Source: Azolla caroliniana
Lineage: Eukaryota; Plantae; Polypodiophyta
Assembly (NCBI GenBank): GCA_043228905.1
Contig: JBHGNT010000063.1
Coordinates: 85,398 to 149,397, forward strand
DNA length: 64,000 bases
Direction of reading: 5' to 3'
Each line of letters begins with the position of its first letter. Positions within the stretch are counted from its first letter, which is position 1. The position numbers were made by a program, and so were the translations under genes. Below are positions 40,401 through 54,230 of this stretch, piece after piece. Under the pieces are notes generated by a model. That model was not told the DNA's origin and did not search any database. It was given only the letters and a program-made list of their open reading frames with translations.

Positions 40401-43065
40401 AGCTAACAACGCGAGCTACGATATGGAATTAAAAAATCAAGATTTTGAAACTCAGGTCGAGAGACATCACGAAATTACCAAATTTGAGGAGTGAGTTGAG
40501 AACAGCCCTTGAGTAAATTAAAATGTTCATACCTGGCTCGTGTAATATCGGAATTTTGTGTTCAAACATGCAAATCGAAGCTAACAACGCTAGCTATGAT
40601 ATGGAATTAAAAAATCAAGATTTTGAAACTCAAGTCCAGAGACATGACGAAAATAGCAAACTTGAGGAGGGAGTTGAGAGGAGCCCTTGAGTAAATTAAA
40701 ATGTTCATACCTGGCTCGTGTGATATCGGATTTTTGTGTTCAAACATGCAAATCGAAGCTAACAACGCTAGCTATGATATGGAATTAATGCATCAACATT
40801 TTGAAACTTAGGTCGAGAGACATGACGAAAATAGCAAACTTGAGGAGGGAGTTGAGAGGAGCCCTTGAGTAAATTAAAATGTTCATACCTCGCTCATGTG
40901 ATATAGGATTTTTGTGTTCAAACATGCGAATCGAAGCTAACAAGGCTAGCTATGATATGGAATTAAAAATCAAGATTTTGAAACTCAGGTCGATAGACAT
41001 GACGAAATTACGAAATTTGAGCAGGGAGTTGAGAAGAGCTCGTGAGTAAATTAGAATGTTCATACCTGGCCCATGTGATATGCGATTTTAGTGTTCAAAT
41101 ATGCCAATCGAAGCTAACAAAAGTAGCTATGATATCGAATTAAAAAATCAAGATTTTGAAACTCAGGTCGAGAGACATGACGAAATTACCAAATTTGAGG
41201 AGGGAGTTGAGAAGAGCTCGTGAGTAAATTAAAATGTTCATACCTGGCCCATGTGATATGCAATTTTAGTGTTCAAACATGCGAATCGAAGCTAACAACA
41301 GTAGCAATGGTATGGAATTAAAGAATCAAGATATGACGAAATTAGCAAACTTGAGGAGGGAGTTGAGAGGAGCCCTTGAGTAAATGAAAATGTTCATACG
41401 TGGCTCGTGTGATATCGGATTTTTGTGTTCAAACATGCGAATGGAAGCTAACAAGGCTAGCTATGATATGGAATTAAGAAAATCAAGATTTTGAAACTCA
41501 GGTTGAGAGACATGAAGAAATTCGCGAATTAGAAGAAGGAATTGAGAAGAGCCCTAGAGTAAATTAAAATTTTCATACGTGTCCCTTGTGATAGCGGGTT
41601 TTAGTGTTCAAACATGCGAATCGAAGCTAACAAGGCTAGCTATGATATGGAATTAAAAAATCAAGAATTTGAAACTCAGGTCGAGAGACATGACGAAAAT
41701 AGCAAACCTGAGGACGGAGTTGAGACGAGCCCTTGAGTAAATTAAAATGTTCATACCTGGCTCGTGTGATATCGGAATTTTGTGTTCAAACATGCAAATC
41801 GAAGCTAACAACGCGAGCTATGATATGGAATTAAAAAATCAAGATTTTGAAACTCAGGTCGAGAGACATGACGAAATTACCAAATTTGAGGAGTGAGTTG
41901 AGAAGAGCCCTTGAGTAAATTAAAATGTTCATACCTGGCTCGTGTAATATCGGATTTTTGTGTTCAAACATGCGAATCGTAGCTAACGATGCGAGCTATG
42001 ATATGGAATTAAAAAATCAAGAATTTGAAACTCAGGTCGAGAGACATGACGAAATTACCAAATTTGAGGAGTGAGTTGAGAACAGCCCTTGAGTAAATTA
42101 AAATGTTCATACCTGGCTCGTGTGATATCGGATTTTTGTGTTCAAACATGCAAATCGAAGCTAACAACGCTAGCTATGATATGGAATTAAAACATCAACA
42201 TTTTGAAACTCAAGTCCAGGGACATGACGAAAATAGCAAACTTGAGGAGGGAGTTGAGAGGAGCGCTTGAGTAAATTAAAATGTTCATACCTCGCTCATG
42301 TGATATAGGATTTTTGTGTTCAAACATGCGAATCGAAGCTAACAAGGCTAGCTATGATATGGAATTAAAAATCAAGATTTTGAAACTAAGGTCGATAGAC
42401 ATGACGAAATTACCAAATTTGAGGAGGGAGTTGAGAAGAGCTCGTGAGTAAATTAAAATGTTCATACCTGGCCCATGTGATATGCAATTTTAGTGTTCAA
42501 ACGAGCGAATCGAAGCTAACAATTATAGCAATGATATGGAATTAAAAAATCAAGATTTTGAAACTTGACGAAATTACCAAATCTGAGGAGTGAGTTCAGA
42601 ACAGCCCTTGAGTAAATTAAAATGTTCATACCTGGCTCGTGTGATATCGGAATTTTGTGTTCAAACATGCAAATCGAAGCTAACAACGCGAGCTATGATA
42701 TGGAATTAAAAAATCAAGATTTTGAAACTCAGGTCGAGAGACATGACGAAATTACCAAATTTGAGGAGTGAGTTGAGAAGAGCCCTTGAGTAAATTAAAA
42801 TGTTCATACCTGGCTCGTGTAATATCGGATTTTTGTGTTCAAACATGCGAATCGAAGCTAACGATGCGAGCTATGATATGGAATTAAAAAATCAAGAATT
42901 TGAAACTCAGGTCGAGAGACATGACGAAATTACCAAATTTGAGGAGTGAGTTGAGAAGAGCCCTTGAGTAAATTAAAATGTTCATACCTGGCTCGTGTGA
43001 TATCGGATTTTTGTGTTCAAACATGCAAATCGAAGCTAACAACGCTAGCTATGATATGGAATTAA

Positions 43066-46000
43066 AACATCAACATTTTGAAACTTAGGTCGAGAGAGTT
43101 GAGTAGAGCTCGTGAGTAAATTAAAATGTTCATACCTGGCCCATGTGATATGCAATTTTAGTGTTCAAACATGCGAATCGAAGCTAACAACAGTAGCAAT
43201 GGTATGGAATTAAAGAATCAAGATATGACGAAATTAGCAACCTTGAGGAGGGAGTTGAGAGGAGCCCTTGAGTAAATGAAAATGTTCATACGTGGCTCGT
43301 GTGATATCGGATTTTTGTGTTCAAACATGCGAATGGAAGCTAACAAGGCTAGCTATGATATGGAATTAAGAAAATCAAGATTTTGAAACTCAGGTTGAGA
43401 GACATGAAGAAATTTGCGAATTAGAAGAAGGAATTGAGAAGAGCCCTAGAGTAAATTAAAATTTTCATACGTGTCCCTTGTGATAGCGGGTTTTAGTGTT
43501 CAAACATGCGAATCGAAGCTAACAAGGCTAGCTATGATATGGAATTAAAAAATCAAGAATTTGAAACTCAGGTCGAGAGACATGACGAAAATAGCAAACC
43601 TGAGGACGGAGTTGAGACGAGCCCTTGAGTAAATTAAAATGTTCATACCTGGCTCGTGTGATATCGGAATTTTGTGTTCAAACATGCAAATCGAAGCTAA
43701 CAACGCGAGCTATGATATGGAATTAAAAAATCAAGATTTTGAAACTGAGGTCGAGAGACATGACGAAATTACCAAATTTGAGGAGTGAGTTGAGAAGAGC
43801 CCTTGAGTAAATTAAAATGTTCATACCTGGCTCGTGTAATATCGGATTTTTGTGTTCAAACATGCGAATCGAAGCTAACGACGCGAGCTATGATATGGAA
43901 TTAAAAAATCAAGAATTTGAAACTCAGGTCGAGAGACATGACGAAATTACCAAATTTGAGGAGTGAGTTGAGAACAGCCGTTGAGTAAATTAAAATGTTC
44001 ATACCTGGCTCGTGTGATATCGGATTTTTGTGTTCAAACATGCAAATCGAAGCTAACAAGGCTAGCTATGATATGGAATTAACACATCAACATTTTGAAA
44101 CTTAGGTCGAGAGACATGACGAAAATAGCAAACTTGAGGAGGGAGTTGAGAGGAGCCCTTGAGTAAATTAAAATGTTCATACCTCGCTCATGTGATATAG
44201 GATTTTTGTGTTCAAACATGCGAATCGAAGCTAACAAGGCTAGCTATGATATGGAATTAAGAATCAAGATTTTGAAACTCAGGTCGATAGACATGACGAA
44301 ATTACCAAATTTGAGGAGGGAGTTGAGAAGAGCTCGTGAGTAAATTAAAATGTTCATACCTGGCCCATGTGATATGCGATTTTAGTGTTTAAACATGCCA
44401 ATCGAAGCTAACAACAGTAGCTATGATATCGAATTAAAAAATCAAGATTTTGAAACTCAGGTCGAGAGACATGACGAAATTACCAAATTTGAGGAGGGAG
44501 TTGAGAAGAGCTCGTGAGTAAATTAAAATGTTCATACCTGGCCCATGTGATATGCAATTTTAGTGTTCAAACATGCGAATCGAAGCTAACAACAGTAGCA
44601 ATGGTATGGAATTAAAGAATCAAGATATGACGAAATTAGCAAACTTGAGGAGGGAGTTGAGAGGAGCCCTTGAGTAAATGAAAATGTTCATACGTGGCTC
44701 GTGTGATATCGGATTTTTGTGTTCAAACATGCGAATGGAAGCTAACAACGCTAGCTATGATATGGAATTAAGAAAATCAAGATTTTGAAACTCAGGTTGA
44801 GAGACATGAAGAAATTCGCGAATTAGAAGAAGGAATTGAGAAGAGCCCGAGAGTAAATTAAAAGTTTCATACGTGTCCCTTGTGATAGCGGGTTTTAGTG
44901 TTCAAACATGCGAATCGAAGCTAACAAGGGTAGCTATGATATGGAATTAAAAAATCAAGAATTTGAAACTCAGGTCGAGAGACATGACGAAAATAGCAAA
45001 CCTGAGGACGGAGTTGAGAGGAGCCCTTGAGTAAATTAAAATGTTCATACCTGGCTCGTGTGATATCGGATTTTTGTGTTCAAACATGCGAATCGAAGCT
45101 AACGACGCTAGCTATGATATGGAATTAAAAAATCAAGAATTTGAAACTCAGGTCGAGAGACATGACGAAATTACCAAATTTGAGGAGTGAGTTGAGAAGA
45201 GCCCTTGAGTAAATTAAAATGTTCATACCTGGCGCGTGTGATATCGGATTTTTGTGTTCAAACATGCAAATCGAAGCTAACAACGCTAGTTATGATAGGG
45301 AATTAAAAAATCAAGATTTTGAAACTCAGGTCTAGAGACATGACGAAAATAGCAAACTTGAGGACGGAGTTGAGAGGAGCGCGTGAGTAAATTAAAATGT
45401 TCATAATTTTCTTGTGTGATATCGGATTTTTGTGTTCAAACATGCGAATCGAAGCTAACAAGGCTAGCTATGATGTGGAATTAAAAAATCAACATTTTGA
45501 AACTTAGGTCGAGAGACATGACGAAAATAGCAAACTTGAGGAGGGAGTTGAGAGGAGCCCTTGAGTAAATTAAAATGTTCATACCTCGCTCATGTGATAT
45601 AGGATTTTTGTGTTCAAACATGCGAATCGAAGCTAACAAGGCTAGCTATGATATGGAATTAAAAATCAAGATTTTGAAACTCAGGTCGATAGACATGACG
45701 AAATTACCAAATTTGAGGAGGGAGTTGAGAAGAGCTCGTGAGTAAATTAAAATGTTCAAACCTGGCCCATGTGATATGCGATTTTAGTGTTTAAACATGC
45801 CAATCGAAGCTAACAACAGTAGCTATGATATCGAATTAAAAAATCAAGATTTTGAAACTCAGGTCGAGAGACATGACGAAATTACCAAATTTGAGGAGGG
45901 AGTTGAGAAGAGCTCGTGAGTAAATTAAAATGTTCATACCTGGCCCATGTGATATGCAATTTTAGTGTTCAAACATGGGAATCGAAGCTAACAACAGTAG

Positions 46001-46430
46001 CAATGGTATGGAATTAAAGAATCAAGATATGACGAAATTAGCAAACTTGAGGAGGGAGTTGAGAGGAGCCCTTGAGTAAATGAAAATGTTCATACGTGGC
46101 TCGTGTGATATCGGATTTTTGTGTTCAAACATGCGAATGGAAGCTAACAAGGCTAGCTATGATATGGAATTAAGAAAATCAAGATTTTGAAACTCAGGTG
46201 GAGAGACATGAAGAAATTCGCGAATTAGAAGAAGGAATTGAGAAGAGCCCGAGAGTAAATTAAAATTTTCATACGTGTCCCTTGTGATATCGGGTTTTAG
46301 TGTTCAAACATGCGAATCGAAGCTAACAAGGCTAGCTATGATATGGAATTAAAAAATCAAGAATTTGAAACTCAGGTCGAGAGACATGACGAAAATAGCA
46401 AACCTGAGGACGGAGTTGAGAGGAGCCCTT
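43066..46430. repeat. Second cluster of cassette A at 8-mer spacing (1402 bp)
   Basis: GCAATGGTAT at 43196, 44598 and 46000, with an earlier copy at 41304. Confidence 0.88.
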
Positions 46431-47025
46431 GAGTAAATTAAAATGTTCATACCTGGCTCGTGTGATATCGGATTTTTGTGTTCAAACATGTGAATCGAAG
46501 CTAACGACGCTAGCTATGATATAGAATTAAAAAATGAAGAATTTGAAACTCAGGTCGAGAGACATGACGAAATTACCACATTTGAGGAGTGAGTTGAGAA
46601 GAGCCCTTGAGTAAATTAAAATGTTCATACCTGGCTCGTGTGATATCGGATTTTTGTGTTCAAACATGCAAATCGAAGCTAACAATTCTAGCTATGATAT
46701 GGAATTAAAAAGTCAAGATTTTGAAACTCAGGTCGAGAGACATGACGAAATTACCAAATCTGGGGAGTAAGTTCACAACAGCCCTTGAGTAAATTAAAAT
46801 GTTCATAATTTTCTTGTGTGATATCGGATTTTTGTGTTCAAACATGCGAATCGAAGCTAACAAGGCTAGCTATGATATGGAATTAAAAAATCAAGATTTT
46901 CAAACTCAGGTTCAGAAACATGATGAAATTAGCAAACTTGAGGAGGGAGTTGAGAGGGGCCCTTGAGTAAATGAAAATGTTCATACCTGGCTCGAGTGAT
47001 ATCAACGCTAGCTATGATATGGAAT

Positions 47026-47720
47026 TAAAACATCAACATTTTGAAACTCAGGTCCAGAGATATGACGAAATTAGCAACCTTGACAAGGGAGTTGAGAGCA
47101 GCCCTTGAGCAAATTGAAATGTTCATACCTGGCTCGTGTGATATCGGATTTTTGTGTTCAAAGATGCGAATCGAAGCTAACAAGGCTAGCTATGATATGG
47201 AATTAAATAATCAAGATTTTGAAACTCAGGTAGACAGACATGAAGAAATTACCAAATTTGAGGAGGGAGTTGAGAAGAGCGATTGAGTAAATTAAAATGT
47301 TCATACCTGGCCCATGTGATATGCAATTTTAGTGTTCAAACGAGCGAATCGAAGCTAACAATTATAGAGATGATATGGAATTAAAAAATCAAGATTTTGA
47401 AACTCAGGTCGATCGACATGAAGAAATTAGTAAATTAGAGGAGGGAGTAGAGAAGAGCTCGTGAGTAAATTAAAATGTTCATACTTGGCTCCTGCGATCC
47501 CGGATGAAGAAATAAGTAAATTAGAGGAGGGAGTGGAGAAGAGCTCGTGAGTAAATTAAAATGTTCATACCTGGCTCGTGTGATATCGGATTTTTGTGTT
47601 CAAACATGCCAATCGAAGCTCACAACGCTAGCTACGATATGGGATTAAAAAATCAAGATTTTGAAACTCAAGTCGAGAGACATGACGAAAATAGCAAACT
47701 TGAGGAGGGAGTTGAGAGGA
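47026..47720. repeat. Divergent monomer cassette B including an 86-bp truncated monomer; first of five copies
   Basis: GATATGACGAAATTAGCAACCTTGACAAGGG, GAGCAAATTGAAATG, GGTAGACAGAC, ACGAGCGAATC...AATTATAG, GTCGATCGAC and CTCACAAC...GGGATT. ORF marker at 47041, 51755, 53443, 55991 and 58072. 86-bp units at 47461-47546, 52175-52260, 53863-53948 and 58492-58577. Confidence 0.92.
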
Positions 47721-50700
47721 GCCCTTGAGTAAATTAAAATGTTCATACTTGGCTCGTGTGATATCGGATTTTTGTGTTCAAACATGCAAATCGAAGCTAA
47801 CAACGCTAGCTATGATATGGAATTAAAAAATCAAGATTTTGAAACTCAGGTCGAGAGATATGACGAAATTACCAAATTTGAGGAGTGAGTTGAGAAGATC
47901 TAGTAGGTAAATTTAAATGTTCATACTGGGCTCGTGGGATATCAGATTTTTGTGTTCAAACATGCAAATCGAAGCTAACAACGCTACCTATGATATGGAA
48001 TTAAAAAATCAAGATTTTGAAACTCAAGTCGAGAGACATGACGAAATTACCAAATTTGAGGAGTGAGTTGAGAAGAGCCCTTGAGTAAATTAAAATGTTC
48101 ATACCTGGCTCGTGTGATATCGGAATTTTGTGTTCAAACATGCAAACCGAAGCTAACAACGCGAGCTATGATATGGAATTAAAAAATCCAGATTTTGAAA
48201 CTCAGGTCGAGAGACATCACGAAATTACCAAATTTGAGGAGTGAGTTGAGAACAGCCCTTGAGTAAATTAAAATGTTCATGCCTGGCTCGTGTAATATCG
48301 GATTTTTGTGTTCAAACATGCGAATCGAAGCTAACGACGCGAGCTATGATATGGAATTAAAAAATCAAGATTTTGAAACTCAGGTCGAGAGACATGACGA
48401 AATTACCAAATTTGAGGAGTGAGTTGAGAACAGCCCTTGAGTAAATTAAAATGTTCATACCTGGCTCGTGTGATATCGGATTTTTGTGTTCAAACATGCA
48501 AATCGAAGCTAACAACGCTAGCTATGATATGGAATTAAAAAATCAAGATTTTGAAACTCAAGTCCAGAGACATGACGAAAATAGCAAATTGGAGGAGGGA
48601 GTTGAGAGGAGCCCTTGAGTAAATTAAAATGTTCATACCTGGCTCGTGTGATATCGGATTTTTGTGTTCAAACATGCGAATCGAAGCTAACAACGTTAGC
48701 TATGATATGGAATTAAAAAATCAAGATTTTGAAACTCAGGTCGAAAGACATGACGAAATTACCAAATTTGAGGAGTGAGTTGAGAAGAGCTAGTAGGTAA
48801 ATTTAAATGTTCATACTTGGCTCGTGTGATATCGGATTTTTGTGTTCAAACATGCGAATCGAAGCTAACAACGATAGCTATGATATGGAATTAAAAAATC
48901 AAGATTTTGAAACTCAAGTCGAGAGACATGACGAAATTACCAAATTTGAGGAGTGAGTTGAGAAGAGCCCTTGAGTAAATTAAAATGTTCATACCTGGCT
49001 CGTGTGATATCGGATTTTTGTGTTCAAACATGCGAATCGAAGCTAACAACGCTAGCTATGATATGGAATTAAAAAATCAAGATTTCGAAACTCAAGTCCA
49101 GAGACATGACGAAAATAGCAAACTTGAGGAGGGAGTTGAGAGGAGCCCTTGAGTAAATTAAAATGTTCATACCTGGCTCGTGTGATATCGGATTTTTGTG
49201 TTCAAACATGCGAATCGAAGCTAACAACGCTACCTATGATATGGAATTAAAAAATTAAGATTTTGAAACTCAGGTCGAGAGACATGACGAAATTACCAAA
49301 TTGGAGGAGTGAGTTAAGAACAGCCCTTGAGTAAATTAAAATGTTCATACCTGGCTCGTGTGATATCGGATTTTTGTGTTCAAACATGCGAATCGAAGCT
49401 AACAACGTTAGCTATGATATGGAATTAAAAAATCAAGATTTTGAAACTCAGGTCGAAAGACATGACGAAATTACCAAATTTGAGGAGTGAGTTGAGAAGA
49501 GCTTGTAGGTAAATTTAAATGTTCATACTTGGCTCGTGTGATATCGGATTTTTGTGTTCAAACATGCGAATCGAAGCTAACAACGATAGCTATGATATGG
49601 AATTAAAAAATCAAGATTTTGAAACTCAAGTCGAGAGACATGACGAAATTACCAAATTTGAGGAGTGAGTTGAGAACAGCCCTTGAGTAAATTAAAATGT
49701 TCATACCTGGCTCGTGTGATATCGGATTTTTGTGTTCAAACATGCAAATCGAAGCTAACAACGCTAGTTATGATAGGGAATTAAAAAATCAAGATTTTGA
49801 AACTCAGGTCGAGAGACATGACGAAATTACCAAATTTGAGGAGTGAGTTGAGAACAGCCCTTGGGTAAATTAAAATGTTCGTGCCTGGCTCGTGTAATAT
49901 CGGATTTTTGTGTTCAAAGATGCGAATCGAAGCTAACGACGCGAGCTATGATATGGAATTAAAAAATCAAGAATTTGAAACTCAGGTCGAGAGACATGAC
50001 GAAATTACCAAATTTGAGGAGTGAGTTGAGAGGAGCCCTTGAGTAAATTAAAATGTTCATACCTGGCTCGTGTGATATCGGATTTTTGTGTTCAAACATG
50101 CAAATCGAAGCTAACAACGCTAGCTATGATATGGAATTAAAAAATCAAGATTTTGAAACTCAAGTCCAGAGACATGACGAAAATAGCAAACTTGAGGAGG
50201 GAGTTGAGAGGAGCCCTTGAGTAAATTAAAATGTTCATACCTGGCTCGTGTGATATCGGATTTTTGTGTTCAAACATGCGAATCGAAGCTAACAACGTTA
50301 GCTATGATATGGAATTAAAAAATCAAGATTTTGAAACTCAGGTCGAAAGACATGACGAAATTACCAAATTTGAGGAGTGAGTTGAGAAGAGCTAGTAGGT
50401 AAATTTAAATGTTCATACTTGGCTCGTGTGATATCGGATTTTTGTGTTCAAACATGCGAATCGAAGCTAACAACGATAGCTATGATATGGAATTAAAAAA
50501 TCAAGATTTTGAAACTCAAGTCGAGAGACATGACGAAATTACCAAATTTGAGGAGTGAGTTGAGAAGAGCCCTTGAGTAAATTAAAATGTTCATACCTGG
50601 CTCGTGTGATATCGGAATTTTGTGTTCAAACATGCAAATCGAAGCTAACAACGCTAGCTATGATATGGAATTAAAAAATCAAGATTTTGAAACTCAGGTC

Positions 50701-50759
50701 GAGAGACATGACGAAATTAGCAAACTTGAGGAGGGAGTTGAGAGGAGCCCTTGAGTAAA

Positions 50760-53700
50760 TTAAAATGTTCATACCTGGCTCGTGTGATATCGGATTTTTG
50801 TGTTCAAACATGCAAATCGAAGCTAACAACGCTAGCTATGATATGGAATTAAAAAATCAAGATTTCGAAACTCAAGTCCAGAGACATGACGAAAATAGCA
50901 AACTTGAGGAGGGAGTTGAGAGGAGCCCTTGAGTAAATTAAAATGTTCATACCTGGCTCGTGTGATATCGGATTTTTGTGTTCAAACATGCGAATCGAAG
51001 CTAACAACGCTACCTATGATATGGAATTAAAAAATTAAGATTTTGAAACTCAGGTCGAGAGACATGACGAAATTACCAAATTGGAGGAGTGAGTTGAGAA
51101 CAGCCCTTGAGTAAATTAAAATGTTCATACCTGGCTCGTGTGATATCGGATTTTTGTGTTGAAACATGCGAATCGAAGCTAACAACGTTAGCTATGATAT
51201 GGAATTAAAAAATCAAGATTTTGAAACTCAGGTCGAAAGACATGACGAAATTACCAAATTTGAGGAGTGAGTTGAGAAGAGCTTGTAGGTAAATTTAAAT
51301 GTTCATACTTGGCTCGTGTGATATCGGATTTTTGTGTTCAAACATGCGAATCGAAGCTAACAACGATAGCTATGATATGGAATTAAAAAATCAAGATTTT
51401 GAAACTCAAGTCGAGAGACATGACGAAATTACCAAATTTGAGGAGTGAGTTGAGAAGAGCCCTTGAGTAAATTAAAATGTTCATACCTGGCTCGTGTGAT
51501 ATCGGAATTTTGTGTTCCAACATGGAAATCGAAGCTAACAACGCTAGCTATGATATGGAATTAAAAAATCAAGATTTTGAAACTCAGGTCGAGAGACATG
51601 ACGAAATTACCAAATTTGAGGAGTGAGTTGAGAACAGCCCTTGAGTAAATTAAAATGTTCATACCTGGCTCGTGTAATATCGGATTTTTGTGTTCAAACA
51701 TGCGAATCGAAGCTAACACTTCTCGACATGATATGGAATTAAAACATCAACATTTTGAAACTCAGGTCCAGAGATATGACGAAATTAGCAACCTTGACAA
51801 GGGAGTTGAGAGCAGCCCTTGAGCAAATTGAAATGTTCATACCTGGCTCGTGTGATATCGGATTTTTGTGTTCAAAGATGCGAATCGAAGCTAACAAGGC
51901 TAGCTATGATATGGAATTAAATAATCAAGATTTTGAAACTCAGGTAGACAGACATGAAGAAATTACCAAATTTGAGGAGGGAGTTGAGAAGAGCGCGTGA
52001 GTAAATTAAAATGTTCATACCTGGCCCATGTGATATTCAATTTTAGTGTTCAAACGAGCGAATCGAAGCTAACAATTATAGCAATGATATGGAATTAAAA
52101 AATCAAGATTTTGAAACTCAGGTCGATCGACATGAAGAAATTAGTAAATTAGAGGAGGGACTGGAGAAGAGCTCGTGAGTAAATTAAAATGTTCATACTT
52201 GGCTCCTGCGATCCTGGATGAAGAAATAAGTAAATTAGAGGAGGGAGTGGAGAAGAGCTCGTGAGTAAATTAAAATGTTCATACCTGGCTCGTGTGATAT
52301 CGGATTTTTGTGTTCAAACATGCCAATCGAAGCTCACAACGCTAGCTACGATATGGGATTAAAAAATCAAGATTTTGAAACTCAAGTCCAGAGACATGAC
52401 GTAAATAGCAAACTTGAGGAGGGAGTTGAGAGGAGCCCTTGAGTAAATTAAAATGTTCATACCTGGCTCGTGTGATATCGGATTTTTGTGTTCAAACATG
52501 CAAATCGAAGCTAACAACGCTAGCTATGATATGGAATTAAAAAATCAAGATTTCGAAACTCAAGTCCAGAGACATGACGAAAATAGCAAACTTGAGGAGG
52601 GAGTTGAGAGGAGCCCTTGAGTAAATTAAAATGTTCATACCTGGCTCGTGTGATATCGGATTTTTGTGTTCAAACATGCGAATCGAAGCTAACAACGCTA
52701 CCTATGATATGGAATTAAAAAATTAAGATTTTGAAACTCAGGTCGAGAGACATGACGAAATTACCAAATTGGAGGAGTGAGTTGAGAACAGCCCTTGAGT
52801 AAATTAAAATGTTCATACCTGGCTCGTGTGATATCGGATTTTTGTGTTCAAACATGCGAATCGAAGCTAACAACGTTAGCTATGATATGGAATTAAAAAA
52901 TCAAGATTTTGAAACTCAGGTCGAAAGACATGACGAAATTACCAAATTTGAGGAGTGAGTTGAGAAGAGCTTGTAGGTAAATTTAAATGTTCATACTTGG
53001 CTCGTGTGATATCGGATTTTTGTGTTCAAACATGCGAATCGAAGCTAACAACGATAGCTATGATATGGAATTAAAAAATCAAGATTTTGAAACTCAAGTC
53101 GAGAGACATGACGAAATTACCAAATTTGAGGAGTGAGTTGAGAAGAGCCCTTGAGTAAATTAAAATGTTCATACCTGGCTCGTGTGATATCGGAATTTTG
53201 TGTTCCAACATGCAAATCGAAGCTAACAACGCTAGCTATGATATGGAATTAAAAAATCAAGATTTTGAAACTCAGGTCGAGAGACATGACGAAATTACCA
53301 AATTTGAGGAGTGAGTTGAGAACAGCCCTTGAGTAAATTAAAATGTTCATACCTGGCTCGTGTAATATCGGATTTTTGTGTTCAAACATGCGAATCGAAG
53401 CTAACACTTCTCGACATGATATGGAATTAAAACATCAACATTTTGAAACTCAGGTCCAGAGATATGACGAAATTAGCAACCTTGACAAGGGAGTTGAGAG
53501 CAGCCCTTGAGCAAATTGAAATGTTCATACCTGGCTCGTGTGATATCGGATTTTTGTGTTCAAAGATGCGAATCGAAGCTAACAAGGCTAGCTATGATAT
53601 GGAATTAAATAATCAAGATTTTGAAACTCAGGTAGACAGACATGAAGAAATTACCAAATTTGAGGAGGGAGTTGAGAAGAGCGCGTGAGTAAATTAAAAT

Positions 53701-54230
53701 GTTCATACCTGGCCCATGTGATATTCAATTTTAGTGTTCAAACGAGCGAATCGAAGCTAACAATTATAGCAATGATATGGAATTAAAAAATCAAGATTTT
53801 GAAACTCAGGTCGATCGACATGAAGAAATTAGTAAATTAGAGGAGGGACTGGAGAAGAGCTCGTGAGTAAATTAAAATGTTCATACTTGGCTCCTGCATT
53901 CCTGGATGAAGAAATAAGTAAATTAGAGGAGGGAGTGGAGAAGAGCTCGTGAGTAAATTAAAATGTTCATACCTGGCTCGTGTGATATCGGATTTTTGTG
54001 TTCAAACATGCCAATCGAAGCTCACAACGCTAGCTACGATATGGGATTAAAAAATCAAGATTTTGAAACTCAAGTCCAGAGACATGACGTAAATAGCAAA
54101 CTTGAGGAGGGAGTTGAGAGGAGCCCTTGAGTAAATTAAAATGTTCATACCTGGCTCGTGTGATATCGGATTTTTGTGTTCAAACATGCAAATCGAAGCT
54201 AACAACGCTAGCTATGATATGGAATTAAAA
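50760..54230. repeat. 10-mer tandem duplication containing cassette B (period 1688 bp = 10x178-92)
   Basis: ORF marker 51755 to 53443. TTTCGAAAC, CTACCTAT, AAATTAAG, TTGGAGG, GCTTGTAGG, TTCCAAC and TCTCGACATG repeat in order. Confidence 0.9.
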
